NCBI GenBank assembly: GCA_000165345.1
Contig: CM000434.1
Location: 320,001 to 384,000, forward strand
Direction: 5' to 3'
Length of the DNA stretch: 64,000 nt
Shown here: positions 34,959 through 45,967 of the stretch, piece after piece
Position numbering within the stretch: position 1 is the stretch's first letter
Layout of the letters: each line of letters begins with the position of its first letter
Notes under the pieces: generated by a model
Databases searched by the model: none
What the model was told of the DNA's origin: nothing
What the model saw: only the letters and a program-made list of their open reading frames with translations
Translations under genes and position numbers: made by a program

Positions 34959-35546
34959 ATGTCTGAAGCCGAATTGAACCCATATATTGAATTTAACAAA
35001 TACAAGGTATTGATTGTAATCTTTTCTGCTCTTTTAGCCTCAATTGCTGCTGAGCTTTTGTCTTATTTTCTATTTTTTAGAAAAAACGACTTCATAAAAA
35101 TGCAGGACAATTTAATTAAGTCACGAGCAAAGCTAGACAAATTAAAACTAAAGGATAAGACAGGGATAATCACAGAAAATACAACTTTATCTTCAAGTTA
35201 TTCAAATAAAATTAAGAAAAATCCTAAAATTGAATCTCTAGAGCAAAGCATTACGAACCTAACTTATAAAATTTCAATGATTAAGATGAAGTCAGGCATA
35301 TTAGTAGGTATTTTGTTTGCTGCACTAATCCCTTTGAAAAATACATTTTTCGGAGATCTACCAATATGTAAACTTCCATTTGAGCCAATTAAAATTTTCA
35401 GATTAGTTACTCAAGCTGGGCTAAAGAATGCATCAGTCGATGACGCAGGAAGCATTTTCATTTTTGGGCAGGCATTCATGGCTTTTAGAATGGCTATTCA
35501 GAAGGCAGTTTATTTTGATACCTCATCGTCATTCGGGAGGATGTAA
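34959..35546 (+). CDS. TMCO1: TMCO1-family (DUF106) ER membrane protein, a calcium-load-activated channel homologue.
   Basis: Same size and topology, with a coiled-coil between two TM segments. CKLPFEPIKIFRL...DDAGSIFIFGQAFMAFRMAIQKAV matches TMCO1 AKLPFTPLSYIQGL...DCSFIFLYILCTMSIRQNIQKIL. Confidence 0.6.
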   Translation: MSEAELNPYIEFNKYKVLIVIFSALLASIAAELLSYFLFFRKNDFIKMQDNLIKSRAKLDKLKLKDKTGIITENTTLSSSYSNKIKKNPKIESLEQSITNLTYKISMIKMKSGILVGILFAALIPLKNTFFGDLPICKLPFEPIKIFRLVTQAGLKNASVDDAGSIFIFGQAFMAFRMAIQKAVYFDTSSSFGRM

Positions 35547-35681
35547 CTAAAATTGAGGGGGGAACTGATAAAAACTATTAGTCGATTCAATAACTAGGAA
35601 ATATTAGTAACACTAAAAGCTATTAGACTTTCATTAAATATTTTATATTAACTAGTGTTAATTTAAAATCATTACCCTATT

Positions 35682-36557
35682 TTAATTCATGTATCCTGAG
35701 GAAGGCTGCTGCGAATAGCTTCCGTAGTTTTCATCAACATTATAATATTGATTTGTACGGGTGAACTTTTCAACTTGTGTCTCAACATCATTTGTTAATT
35801 CAGTCTCACCAAATGCAGGAGAGAATTCATTTATCGATGGTTCAAAGAGAAGAGCCCATAATAATGCAGTAGAAAAAGATGTTAAGGCAAATAGAGTCGC
35901 TCCAGTGCATTTAAAAGTGGTTGCATGCAACAATAAAGAAGCACCAGATGCTGAAAATGCAAGGAAGTTGATATAGCCATATGAGTTTCCTACGCCCTCA
36001 TCTTGGAATAGCTCTAACAGCAAAAATCCAAGACCGTACGACACAAATGCAATACCACACAATATTTGTCCGAAAGTTAAGAAATTAATCTCAACACCTC
36101 CTTGGGCAACTGCCATGTTGAATGCGGACTCTAAATCAGTGCTACCACCAAGTTGCATTGTAAATACAAAACCGATAGTCTTTCCAATGAAGTCTAAGAG
36201 AGTCGCAATTTTTATTATCTTTGATCCGGTCACATATCCTCTTGCAAAACATGTGTCATCTGCAAGCAATAGCTGGAATGACATTAAATGAAGAGAACCC
36301 ATAATTCCCAAGAAGAAGCAAAATGAAATATATTTCGGAGCATTTCCTTGGACCAAAATTTCTCCTAGTGAGTGGTAATTGAAGCTGAGCTGGTTTGTAT
36401 AGTTGTAACTTATCATTGTAAGCCCAAGATAACACATTAGCTCGAATAGCAATCCCATACGGAGCAGAGTATTAAACATGCCTTCAATTGGAATGCTTGG
36501 ACCTTGCTTAGTTGCTATTCCTGTATCTACATTCTCAACTCGTGTTGATAGCCACAT
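35682..36557 (-). CDS. Multi-pass membrane protein of unrecognised family (about 6 TM, Gly-rich helices).
   Basis: Long ORF with repeated hydrophobic helices. The tracker start 36563 is TTG; the first ATG is 36557. Confidence 0.45.
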   Translation of the reverse strand: MWLSTRVENVDTGIATKQGPSIPIEGMFNTLLRMGLLFELMCYLGLTMISYNYTNQLSFNYHSLGEILVQGNAPKYISFCFFLGIMGSLHLMSFQLLLADDTCFARGYVTGSKIIKIATLLDFIGKTIGFVFTMQLGGSTDLESAFNMAVAQGGVEINFLTFGQILCGIAFVSYGLGFLLLELFQDEGVGNSYGYINFLAFSASGASLLLHATTFKCTGATLFALTSFSTALLWALLFEPSINEFSPAFGETELTNDVETQVEKFTRTNQYYNVDENYGSYSQQPSSGYMN

Positions 36558-37439
36558 TATCAAAAAATTGAAATAACTCTAATTCTTAGATTAATTTTCA
36601 AAAATTAAAACAGCGTTGAAGAAACTCTAAATCTTTAATATTTCTTAAATAAGAACAATTAAATAATTATTTTGCTTGTAATTAATAATTTCTTATAGTA
36701 TTTTTATCCATATGAAAATAATCTGTTTATGCTCACATGTAGTATTCTTTATCCTTTACACGACACGACACAAAATATACGTATTTTTATATGTTTATTT
36801 TTTTTTTTACGTGGGGAGTGCTAGCATTGTACGGCAAAGCACCTGTCTATTGTCAACACTAACAATGGAAAAGCTGCAATTTGAATATTAAAAAAATAGT
36901 GAAATATTAAGCCAATATTCGATACTGACAAATATGCTATAGGTTTAGGAAACCATATCTGAGTTATAATAACAAGTAAAAGCATGTATTCAAATAATGG
37001 TTAGTTCAATTATAGGCTACTACTATAATGGATAGCAACAATAACAATTATTGTTTCAAAAGTGAATTTGTGTATTTCAATATTATTTTTATTAATTTTG
37101 TATTAATATTAATGAATAATCCTTTAAATCTATTTATTTTTACAATCATATAATGGCATGGCGGCAATGACTGGCGGTATGTATGCACACGCAAATATTA
37201 TTCACACTCTAAACGCGATTTTGTGTATCGAAAATGCATCTTGCACCTTGCAATGGGCAAAGTTTCATCAAGCAAAATAAATAGTTATTTCAAACATGAG
37301 TGCAAATTGTTTTATTGAGTGCATAGTTAATAATTTTAGTTTTTAGCTTTAGATTTTTATTATTTATACTTAACAATAGAAAATGCATTAGCTACTCTGC
37401 CACAAGCTGACAAATTTAATTAAGATTATTTAATCGAAA

Positions 37440-39524
37440 ATGTACGGCTCTATAAGGAGAATGCTAACTCTGGAAGATCCGAAAAATGGAGAGTTTAGTG
37501 AAGATGAATTGAAAAGAATTAGATTAAAGCACATTTTTTTAATATTTATTTTTACAGTACTTTATGTATCTTGTTTTTTAATGGAACATAGTTATAATAA
37601 AAGCGCACCAATATCTAATCAGATAAGATCAAAGCTATTTGCGTCAACATCTGAGCAGCTAAATAGAATTCAAGATCAATTTGGAACTCCTGAATTGGAA
37701 TCCATTATATCAGGATCTACAGTTTCAGATGTATTAAATTTACTTCAAGCATCCTGTAAATCTAAGTCTTTAATTGAGGATGGGATGACCGAATTTTTCA
37801 ATTGCGATATAATCAGAATTGATTGGAATAAAACTCATCCAAATCCTACTCATCCTGAGTTACCTTGTGATTATTCTTCTCTTGAAAAATATGTTGAAGT
37901 TGGAGATAATACACCATTAGGCGAATTCCCACCTGCAATCAGAAAATATTATGAAACTAATAAAGTGCCATTAGATCAACAGTCAAAGCCAATTTTTCAC
38001 ATGTATCATGATTCAAAGCTATTACTTCCACTATTCTCTGATTCTGCAGATCACAATTTAGGTCCGATACCTTCAATTCATGAAAAGTTAAATTTAATAG
38101 GTAAGAAACTTTATAAAGAAGAATTAGAGAACGATTCTGATATTAAAAATTCCGATATCTTTAATAGTAAAAAAGTTGTGCAATCCAGCGAAATAAATGA
38201 GAGATATAAGCGAACTAATGTAATTGGAAAAGTTATTAGCGAACTAGATTCGAAACCAAACAATAACAAATTAGTAATTGATATGAACCATCATTGGGAT
38301 TTACTACTTAAATGCGACCCCGAATGGGTTACAGTTGTTTTTGAGGTATCTGCAGTTCAAAGAGAAAAGTATCCACTTTGGTGGAAAACAAAACTTCACT
38401 TTACTCGCAGCTCTCCATATTTAAATCATTATATTCCAGAAATAGAAATTACAACGGGTTTGGCATATCAAAGGCACTATCCTATTTCAACATTATTACC
38501 TGTTGTAACGTTATTATTATTTTCGTGGCTTTTATTTCCTGGTGCAATATCGAGTGTGCTTATGTTTCCTTACAATGTATATAGATTAATTTCAAAGAGT
38601 GGTAGATTCAGAGATATTATTGGCCACTTTATAGATCCATTTGGAAATCGAATTAATACTTTAAGTTGGTTTCAAATATTGTTGGAAAATACAATAGGAA
38701 TACTAATTACTTTAGGATTCTTATTTTCTAGTCTAGCCATTCATTTTGGCTCTGAACTTTGTATTGAAACTGCCTATAAGAAATGTGTTGATCCACATTT
38801 ATTTTGGTCTGAAACTCTTCATTTAACTGGTGCAGAGTATTATGGACAAGTACTTTTCAGTTTGTGGATAAAGACTAAACTACATGCTATTGCAGTTTTG
38901 TTATTATTTATAAGGTTACTAGAAATTTCGTTATTCTCCAGCAATACAAGCTTTCTACTCATGACATTTATCTTTGCGTTCGTACCTTTCATGTATTTTA
39001 CCGCAATATTCCTTGTTTTATTATTTGCATTCTCAATAATAATGCATGCTATGTACGGAGCTATTTATATTCAATTTTCGACAATTTCAATATCATTTTA
39101 TTCATTGTTCTTATTTGCGTTTGGAAGCCCATTCTCCGAGACAGAAGTCGGGATAAATGCTTATTTTGAAAAGAGCGCATATGGTGCAGCAGCTATGTTG
39201 TTACTATTTGAGATCCTCTTTGTCACAATTCTGTTAAATATGTTCACTACAATTATTATGAATTCTTATGCAATAGCAACTAAGAACACAGAGTGCCCAA
39301 TGAGGATGAAGAAGGTTACAGCATCACTTTGGTATCAAGCAAAACTAATTTTTGGATTTGACGATGAACTGCAGGAAGAGTTAGATACAATTGAGCGATT
39401 AGGGACGCTGATAAAAGAAAGTGAAGATGCAGTAGTACTAGATATGGCACTTCATTTGCCACCTGTTATATCACCAACAAACAATTCTTTAGACACAAAA
39501 ACTCCACTTCTAAAAGCAGGTTGA
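37440..39524 (+). CDS. Polycystin-2 (PKD2/TRPP)-like cation channel.
   Basis: Topology is S1, a ~290-aa loop, then S2-S6. The pore and S6 region FSTISISFYSLFLFAFGSPFSE...LLLFEILFVTILLNMFTTIIMNSY aligns with PKD2 [23 protein letters not shown]...FFILLNMFLAIINDTY. Confidence 0.5.
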   Translation: MYGSIRRMLTLEDPKNGEFSEDELKRIRLKHIFLIFIFTVLYVSCFLMEHSYNKSAPISNQIRSKLFASTSEQLNRIQDQFGTPELESIISGSTVSDVLNLLQASCKSKSLIEDGMTEFFNCDIIRIDWNKTHPNPTHPELPCDYSSLEKYVEVGDNTPLGEFPPAIRKYYETNKVPLDQQSKPIFHMYHDSKLLLPLFSDSADHNLGPIPSIHEKLNLIGKKLYKEELENDSDIKNSDIFNSKKVVQSSEINERYKRTNVIGKVISELDSKPNNNKLVIDMNHHWDLLLKCDPEWVTVVFEVSAVQREKYPLWWKTKLHFTRSSPYLNHYIPEIEITTGLAYQRHYPISTLLPVVTLLLFSWLLFPGAISSVLMFPYNVYRLISKSGRFRDIIGHFIDPFGNRINTLSWFQILLENTIGILITLGFLFSSLAIHFGSELCIETAYKKCVDPHLFWSETLHLTGAEYYGQVLFSLWIKTKLHAIAVLLLFIRLLEISLFSSNTSFLLMTFIFAFVPFMYFTAIFLVLLFAFSIIMHAMYGAIYIQFSTISISFYSLFLFAFGSPFSETEVGINAYFEKSAYGAAAMLLLFEILFVTILLNMFTTIIMNSYAIATKNTECPMRMKKVTASLWYQAKLIFGFDDELQEELDTIERLGTLIKESEDAVVLDMALHLPPVISPTNNSLDTKTPLLKAG

Positions 39525-39751
39525 AATTAGAAAAAGGTAATAAAATATTTAAAATTAGATATTTAGAAATTTGATATTTTTTAATATATATTCGATTATT
39601 ACCGGTATAAATTTGAATATGCGGTATTTGGTCATTTTGACTAAATTTTTTATTTGTTGATTCAGAATTTGCATCAATAATTAATGAAAGGGTAAAAACG
39701 GATAATTAGTTTGGTTATTTTTTCAATTGATTGTAATTTAGTAATTAAAAT

Positions 39752-41383
39752 ATGGTCTACCAAAAAATTAGAATAGTCAAGTTCTGCACATTAATAGGTG
39801 CTGCTGGAGTTGGTATTTACTTTGGATGGAAATTATTTAAAAAAGGAAAGGTTTGCTCCATGATCAAAGAAATTTACTCTAAAAACAAAAAAGATAAAAA
39901 AGAGCATTCATTTGAAGATTATTACAATTTTAACAAAGATAAATCAAATGAAGTTGGATCAAATGAATGCGAAGCAGTAAGCTCTTCAGGACTGATTATT
40001 AGGGCAGTAAATAACCTTAATATTCAGCCAGAAGAGGGTTTTGTTCCCGGAGTTGCAAAAATAATGGTAAAAAATTTTGGTTGTAATCACAATCGAAGCG
40101 ACTCTGAAAGTATGATGGGGCTTCTTTCTGAATATGGATACACTTTAGTGGAGGAATTAGACGAATGTAATTTAATAGTAATTAACAGTTGTACAGTCAA
40201 AGGGCCAAGCCAAGATTCGTGCCAAAATTTAATAGAGTTAGCAAAATCGAAAAGAAAATTTGTGGTTGTAACAGGATGCGTTCCGCAAGCAGATATAAAC
40301 TTGAACTTCTTAAAAGATGTTTCTATCATCGGCGTCAGAAATATTCATCGAATAGTTGAGGTTGTAGAATTAACTTTACAGGGGAACATTGTTTTACTGA
40401 TTCCAGATAAAATGGAAGGAAAATCAGGTCAATTAATAGATTCTCTTGAAATTAGTTTGCCTCCATTATCACTACCAAAGATTCGTCGCAATCCTTTCGT
40501 TGAAATAATTACTATTTCTGTTGGTTGCTTGGGAAATTGTACCTATTGCAAAACTAAGCACTCCAGGGGCGATTTGGGCAGCTATCCTGTTGAAACTATC
40601 ATTCAAAGAATCAATCAAAGTCTAAACGAGGGTGTAAAGCAATTTTGGCTGACTTCGGAAGACATTGGGGCATACGGAAAAGATATTGGCACAAATTTAT
40701 CCGAGTTATTGAGAGAAATATTGAAAATTCTACCACAGGACATAATGATTAGGATAGGGATGACAAACCCACCATACATTTTAGATCAAATTGATGAAAT
40801 AATTGATATTATGAAGCACCCCAATGTATTTGAATTTTTGCATATTCCTGTTCAAAGTGGTAGTAACAGGATTCTGGACTTGATGAAAAGGGACTATGTT
40901 ATAGAGGAATTTAGTTTACTAGTTGATTCAATACTAAAAGAAATTCCACTAGCAACTATTGCTACTGACATTATCTGTGGATTCCCCGGAGAAAGCGACC
41001 AAGACCACTTTCAATCTGTCGAATTAATTAATAAATACAAGTTTCCGGTAATAAATATTTCAAAATTCTATCCAAGACCAGGAACTCCCGCTGCAAAAAT
41101 GAAACCTGTACCAAATGGAGTTTCAAAAAGCAGAAGCTCCGAGATTACAAATACTTTTCAGTCTTTTAATCACAACGAATATATATTTGAAAATTTGCCA
41201 GATGATAAAGTTGTCAAGGTGTGGTTTATTGAACACTCTGAAAGAAGCAATCATACAGTTGGACACACAAAAAACTATAATAAAGTATTAGTTAATATGG
41301 ATAACAATCTATTGGGAAAATGCGCAATGGTTAAACTAATCAAACCTTATAAATGGCACATAGAAGGCATCGTTATCAGTTGA
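39752..41383 (+). CDS. CDKAL1: CDKAL1-type radical-SAM methylthiotransferase (tRNA ms2t6A37 synthase, MiaB/e-MtaB family).
   Basis: It has an MTTase N-domain (FGCNHNRSDSE...NSCTV), a radical-SAM C-x3-C-x2-C motif (CLGNCTYC) and a C-terminal TRAM-like region. ATG verified. Confidence 0.85.
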   Translation: MVYQKIRIVKFCTLIGAAGVGIYFGWKLFKKGKVCSMIKEIYSKNKKDKKEHSFEDYYNFNKDKSNEVGSNECEAVSSSGLIIRAVNNLNIQPEEGFVPGVAKIMVKNFGCNHNRSDSESMMGLLSEYGYTLVEELDECNLIVINSCTVKGPSQDSCQNLIELAKSKRKFVVVTGCVPQADINLNFLKDVSIIGVRNIHRIVEVVELTLQGNIVLLIPDKMEGKSGQLIDSLEISLPPLSLPKIRRNPFVEIITISVGCLGNCTYCKTKHSRGDLGSYPVETIIQRINQSLNEGVKQFWLTSEDIGAYGKDIGTNLSELLREILKILPQDIMIRIGMTNPPYILDQIDEIIDIMKHPNVFEFLHIPVQSGSNRILDLMKRDYVIEEFSLLVDSILKEIPLATIATDIICGFPGESDQDHFQSVELINKYKFPVINISKFYPRPGTPAAKMKPVPNGVSKSRSSEITNTFQSFNHNEYIFENLPDDKVVKVWFIEHSERSNHTVGHTKNYNKVLVNMDNNLLGKCAMVKLIKPYKWHIEGIVIS

Positions 41384-41401
41384 TAGCTATGCTAAATTTA
41401 T

Positions 41402-43609
41402 TTATGTATCGATTTGTTTTCTCTTTTTTTTGTTAATTGCTTTGTAACTTTCTTCTAATAATCTTTCTGATAAGTTTTTTATTTTGCAGAATTTGTAACT
41501 CACATTAATTAGCTTTTGACAATTGGGCTCTAAACCAGGATCGTAGTCTTTATTTAATGTATTTTTTGACAAATTATTCCGAGAGAGGCTATTCAAAAAA
41601 TCTTTAGCACTTTGCAGAACGTCATTCCAGATGAAATTAGCCATTTTATTTATATTCATTAATTCAAATCGTTTTTTTAGTGATTGCAACAGAGTAACAT
41701 CCTTTTTTTTAATAATTACTCCATCGTAATTAGGTTTTGACCCATTTTTAAAGTCGTGACCAATAAACGCTCTTGCGTAGTCGATGTTACTTCTTTTAAT
41801 TATATCAACAATATTTTCAGTTTTCCACGTAGAGTAATACCTGGAAGTAAACATAACTTTATCGTTATTAAGACCCTCACAAGAATCTTTTATATGAACA
41901 CATGAATTAGGTATATTTCCTTTAATAGAAATATTTATTGACTTAAAATGATCTTTTGGAATTTGATCAAGGTGGTTCAACTCCGCCAAAGGTTTAATCT
42001 GCGTCTGAAATTCTGCATAGTATTCTAGCTTCACTTTGCCCTTTAAGTCAACGTCATCATTTTTCTTTTTGAAGATAATTTTTATTGGTTGCTGACCAAT
42101 CTTAATTTCGCGTTGTTCTTGATCCCACTGAGTCCTAGTCTTTAACGTTTGGACATTTTCTCTAAGATAAATTGGCTCGCCCTGAAAATATCCAACAATA
42201 GGCTCCTTTGGATGAATGATTTCTAAAGAATTAAGACATGAAATAATGGCGTATTTTGGATGGTTTTTGAAAGATGTTTTTGAAATAGGAATTACATCAT
42301 TTTCGTGTATAATTTTTTCCAATTCGAAATCATCTAATAATTCCAATTTAAGCAGCCTAGAGCTATACTGATTGGAAGTGGAATTTATTGTTGATATTAT
42401 TGACTCAACCTTTTGTTTAAATGAATTCTTCTGTTGAGCTTGAAACACTTGAGACCAGTCTGATACATATCTTCCAGTGGTTTCTCTTAAATACCCATAC
42501 TCATTAACAGATATAATCCACCATCCAATGCTCTCATTAATCTTATGTTTAATATTTGTCCTTGAGATATCGATTTTGCACTGTAATTGAGTGAGTGTTA
42601 ATGATTCTGTTTTCTTTTTATTTGAAAATTCAAATGCTAAGGACTCTCTTTGTTCATCTTGCTCAGCAATATTACTCGTTTCATATTTGACTGATCTTTG
42701 TCTAGTTTCAGTTTTTTTTAAGGGAATAACTGATATGGGTGTTATTTTTTTAAGACTTAAGCTTTTGTCTGAGTCATCAGAGTCATCATTAAATTCACTT
42801 AAGAATAGTTTTGAAAACAATCCCTTATCGCTATTGTGTTCAATTGAAGAAATATTTTTTTCTGGATAAGTTACAAACGGAACTGTAGAACATCCTGTGA
42901 AGTTCCACCCCCCACGATGAATATCGACTGAAATCCACTTGTTGAACTTTGGTTCGAAGACCTCAACCCAAAGCTCAGCTCTCCTATCGTTGCATTGCAA
43001 TTCACAACTTTTTTTAAAGTTAATAATAGGAGGAATAAATAACGTTAGGCGGCAATGATGACCTAGCGATCGGACCAGGGCAGCAAAAAGAATGTTACTG
43101 GCCTCAGCACTACATTTTCCAGATAAAATAGAACTGATCATTCTTCCGAGAATTTTACCAAGAAAGAAACTACGTTGATCTATCAGAGGTGCGAATTGTC
43201 TGTATATTTCCTGAAATTTTTCAAGAAAATTATTCTCGACTCTTCCAATTGTATTATACATTACTCCATTTAAGCATGGGGCAAAATCTTTACCTTCATT
43301 TAAAAATAAAGAATAGTATGCACCCATCCAATTTGATTTCGAAAACGCATTGTTAGTCTTCGCTTCAAAATTATGGAGTTTGTAAATCCAATATTCATTT
43401 GGTAAATAATATGTTTTGAAATACTTTCTAAACCACTGATATATTCCTCTAATACTTTTTTGTGTATCATATTCTTGATTATAATATAGGTACAGGGATA
43501 AAATGTGAGATTTAATGAAAATGTTGTCAACAATTCGATTAAGAATTCTTAAGTGGATCAGCCAACCTAAGATATAGACCTGTCTTGCTTCATTTTTGAC
43601 TTTTTGCAT
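41402..43609 (-). CDS. RAD4: Rad4/XPC nucleotide-excision-repair DNA damage recognition protein.
   Basis: Transglutaminase-like domain blocks NILFAALVRSLGHHCRLTL and ELWVEVFEPKFNKWISVD. The BHD region HPKYAIISCLNSLEIIHPKEPIVGYFQGEPIYLRENVQTLKTRTQW parallels XPC. Confidence 0.65.
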   Translation of the reverse strand: MQKVKNEARQVYILGWLIHLRILNRIVDNIFIKSHILSLYLYYNQEYDTQKSIRGIYQWFRKYFKTYYLPNEYWIYKLHNFEAKTNNAFSKSNWMGAYYSLFLNEGKDFAPCLNGVMYNTIGRVENNFLEKFQEIYRQFAPLIDQRSFFLGKILGRMISSILSGKCSAEASNILFAALVRSLGHHCRLTLFIPPIINFKKSCELQCNDRRAELWVEVFEPKFNKWISVDIHRGGWNFTGCSTVPFVTYPEKNISSIEHNSDKGLFSKLFLSEFNDDSDDSDKSLSLKKITPISVIPLKKTETRQRSVKYETSNIAEQDEQRESLAFEFSNKKKTESLTLTQLQCKIDISRTNIKHKINESIGWWIISVNEYGYLRETTGRYVSDWSQVFQAQQKNSFKQKVESIISTINSTSNQYSSRLLKLELLDDFELEKIIHENDVIPISKTSFKNHPKYAIISCLNSLEIIHPKEPIVGYFQGEPIYLRENVQTLKTRTQWDQEQREIKIGQQPIKIIFKKKNDDVDLKGKVKLEYYAEFQTQIKPLAELNHLDQIPKDHFKSINISIKGNIPNSCVHIKDSCEGLNNDKVMFTSRYYSTWKTENIVDIIKRSNIDYARAFIGHDFKNGSKPNYDGVIIKKKDVTLLQSLKKRFELMNINKMANFIWNDVLQSAKDFLNSLSRNNLSKNTLNKDYDPGLEPNCQKLINVSYKFCKIKNLSERLLEESYKAINKKKRKQIDT

Positions 43610-43894
43610 AGATATAAGGCTTACATTAAATACTCCTTGAATTCATCGAAATTTTTTTTTGAATTTATTTCCTTTATATTTCACGATACTAACATTTACA
43701 CAATGTTGGCGGGTTAATATAAGTGCGTTTACTATTCTATGAAAAAAAAATTCAAATATATTAATTATAACGTGTCCTAGCAATATTCAATGATTTTTTG
43801 AAGTATTTTTTGCGAAATTTAATTACTGAACTTGCTGCTCACAATTATCTAGCTCAAATACTCAGATATTAAAGTATTAGTGTATCTAACCAAT

Positions 43895-45013
43895 TCACAA
43901 CTCCAGAATATTGGAGTCAAAGTCATCATATTGATGAAGAGACTTTCTCCACTGATTTAGTTGATCAGTAAATTGTTTCTGTGGGCACCTTGTATGAGCG
44001 TTTGGAGTTTGAGGATCGTTAGGTTCTCTATCCTCTTTTCTAGGCTTAAGTTTCAAAAAATTCTGATATGCTCTTGTACCCTTTCCAATGGCAATTTGAA
44101 ATAATCTACTAGAAATCCGTTTATTCCAATCAATATTGGAGCTCGCGGTACCATCGATTGATAAATCGTTATTACGACCACTACTGCTAATTTGTGGTGT
44201 TTTCGGAGTTCCTCCCTTCGGAGATTTACTTGTACTATTACTTATCCTTCTAGGAGTACTCAATTGGTTAGTTGTTTTTTTTTGTGCGCACCTCTCATAT
44301 ACGGCATTCTGATTCGTTTCTTTGCCAAGCTTGGGACCTTCGGTTGCAGAAGTACTCGTTTTTGAGTGTTTGATCTTCTTGCATATTTTATCTTCATCAA
44401 CCTGAAGTTCATAGTTGAAATTAATATTTTCGCTATATTCTGAGTTCTCAGTATGATCTTTACTTCTTTTTTTATTAGTGCTAGAATGATTATTTAGTAT
44501 TTGTGGCAAATCCCCGAACACTTTCGGCATATTTAAATTGGCATCTTGTATGAGGCATTTAACTGCCTGATCACTTTTGCTTATATCAGTTAAGCCACCT
44601 GTGAATGTTCCCTCTCCAAATCGAAATTCTTGGCTTTCAATGTTTTGACCCTTTTCGATTGCTTCGAAGTTTTCATTGCTCACTTTACCTAAATACTGAG
44701 GTAAATTCGATATTTCTAATTTAGGTTCAATATTTGTTTCAGCACCATTAATTGTTAAAAACCCTCTATTTGGCATTTTTTCCTTATTTTCTTTAATAGT
44801 TTTTCTGCATTGATATTCGCTTGAGCTATCATTAAGTTTTATATTTTTTTGAAGAAGAGAAGTTAACCCAATAGATTTAGATTCATTTTTTGTATCGCTT
44901 TGAGTATATATCCAGCTATTTGAAGCATCGCTAATACTCAGATCCGCCCATCTCACAGCTCCCCAACCAGGTTTACTCACTACTGTTTTTTCACGAGTAG
45001 AATTCTCAGTCAT
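43895..45013 (-). CDS. Hypothetical Ser/Thr/Asn-rich protein.
   Basis: Long ORF. The tracker start 45016 is TTG; the first ATG is 45013. No recognisable domain. Confidence 0.4.
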   Translation of the reverse strand: MTENSTREKTVVSKPGWGAVRWADLSISDASNSWIYTQSDTKNESKSIGLTSLLQKNIKLNDSSSEYQCRKTIKENKEKMPNRGFLTINGAETNIEPKLEISNLPQYLGKVSNENFEAIEKGQNIESQEFRFGEGTFTGGLTDISKSDQAVKCLIQDANLNMPKVFGDLPQILNNHSSTNKKRSKDHTENSEYSENINFNYELQVDEDKICKKIKHSKTSTSATEGPKLGKETNQNAVYERCAQKKTTNQLSTPRRISNSTSKSPKGGTPKTPQISSSGRNNDLSIDGTASSNIDWNKRISSRLFQIAIGKGTRAYQNFLKLKPRKEDREPNDPQTPNAHTRCPQKQFTDQLNQWRKSLHQYDDFDSNILEL

Positions 45014-45385
45014 CAATCACAACAGTTCGTCTTATACAATATAGAGGAACAAGAAAATTGAATTTATTATAATTTCAATCTATAAATGTTAAATATTTAT
45101 GTTAAAAATTGTTAAGTATTTGAACTCCACACTATATTCAATTTAATGACATCCTCGCCTTAACTCTCGATTTTTGCGCTTTGGAAGGCCTTGTGTGGGC
45201 ATGCCTGTCAAAATGGGGGTAAATAATACAATAGACGTCAATTGAAGATCTCGAAAACTACAATAAAATTTTTACTTAAATTGAATAAAAATATAAATTA
45301 AAAAATATTTGCAGTTAGAGAACTTATCTACAGAAATAGTATCAGATTAATTAGAGTTATAGTTGGTAAGGTTCTAATTAATTGT

Positions 45386-45967
45386 TTATCGGCGCTGTTT
45401 ACGTGAGCAGTTAACCGAGTTGTCCAATTCACTTCCCTGGCACTGCGATTCAGAGTGGTATGAAATACTTGAACCCACATTTGAGCCAGCTGCAGAAAAC
45501 ATTTCTCCTGAGTGTGCTCCTGTATTTGGAGTAGTGCCTAGCGCCTCTATATCTACAGGAGATGTAACTGAAGATAAGGAGAACCAGCGATCTTTTTCAG
45601 AGAATACATTTGGATTTGATCTACAAGAGCCTCGGTTACCTCCAATACTAGATTTTCTTCCTCCTATACTTCCCGTATTGCTATTATACGTTGCATAGCC
45701 GTCCCAACCTCTTAACATATTTCCAATATCAGTAGTTTGGTTCCAGTAAAATGTCTCAAGTTCATATATTTTTCTTTCAATATCTACCAACTCTTCCTGA
45801 ACCTTCTCTCTTAAAGAAACCATTTCGTTGCTGAGTTTTTTGTGAGGGGACTCCTGGCAGAAATTAGTGGGAATTGAAGAATCTTTATTTAGATAATTAC
45901 TACTTTGATGCGTACCTTGAGATTCATTCGAACTACCTTTTCCTTTATTCTCTGATTTTTGCTTCAT
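45386..45967 (-). CDS. EAF6: Eaf6/MEAF6-like subunit of NuA4/HBO1-type histone acetyltransferase complexes.
   Basis: IERKIYELETFY...DIGNMLRGWDGY...DRWFSLSSVTS matches MEAF6 [29 protein letters not shown]...ERLFSKSSVTS. Confidence 0.55.
   Translation of the reverse strand: MKQKSENKGKGSSNESQGTHQSSNYLNKDSSIPTNFCQESPHKKLSNEMVSLREKVQEELVDIERKIYELETFYWNQTTDIGNMLRGWDGYATYNSNTGSIGGRKSSIGGNRGSCRSNPNVFSEKDRWFSLSSVTSPVDIEALGTTPNTGAHSGEMFSAAGSNVGSSISYHSESQCQGSELDNSVNCSRKQRR

Noticed and set aside
35682-36557. Possible GPR1/FUN34/YaaH acetate-transporter assignment for the multi-TM protein.
   Set aside because: The family signature (NPAPLGL) is absent: the sequence has NAPKYIS. It is left as an unassigned membrane protein.
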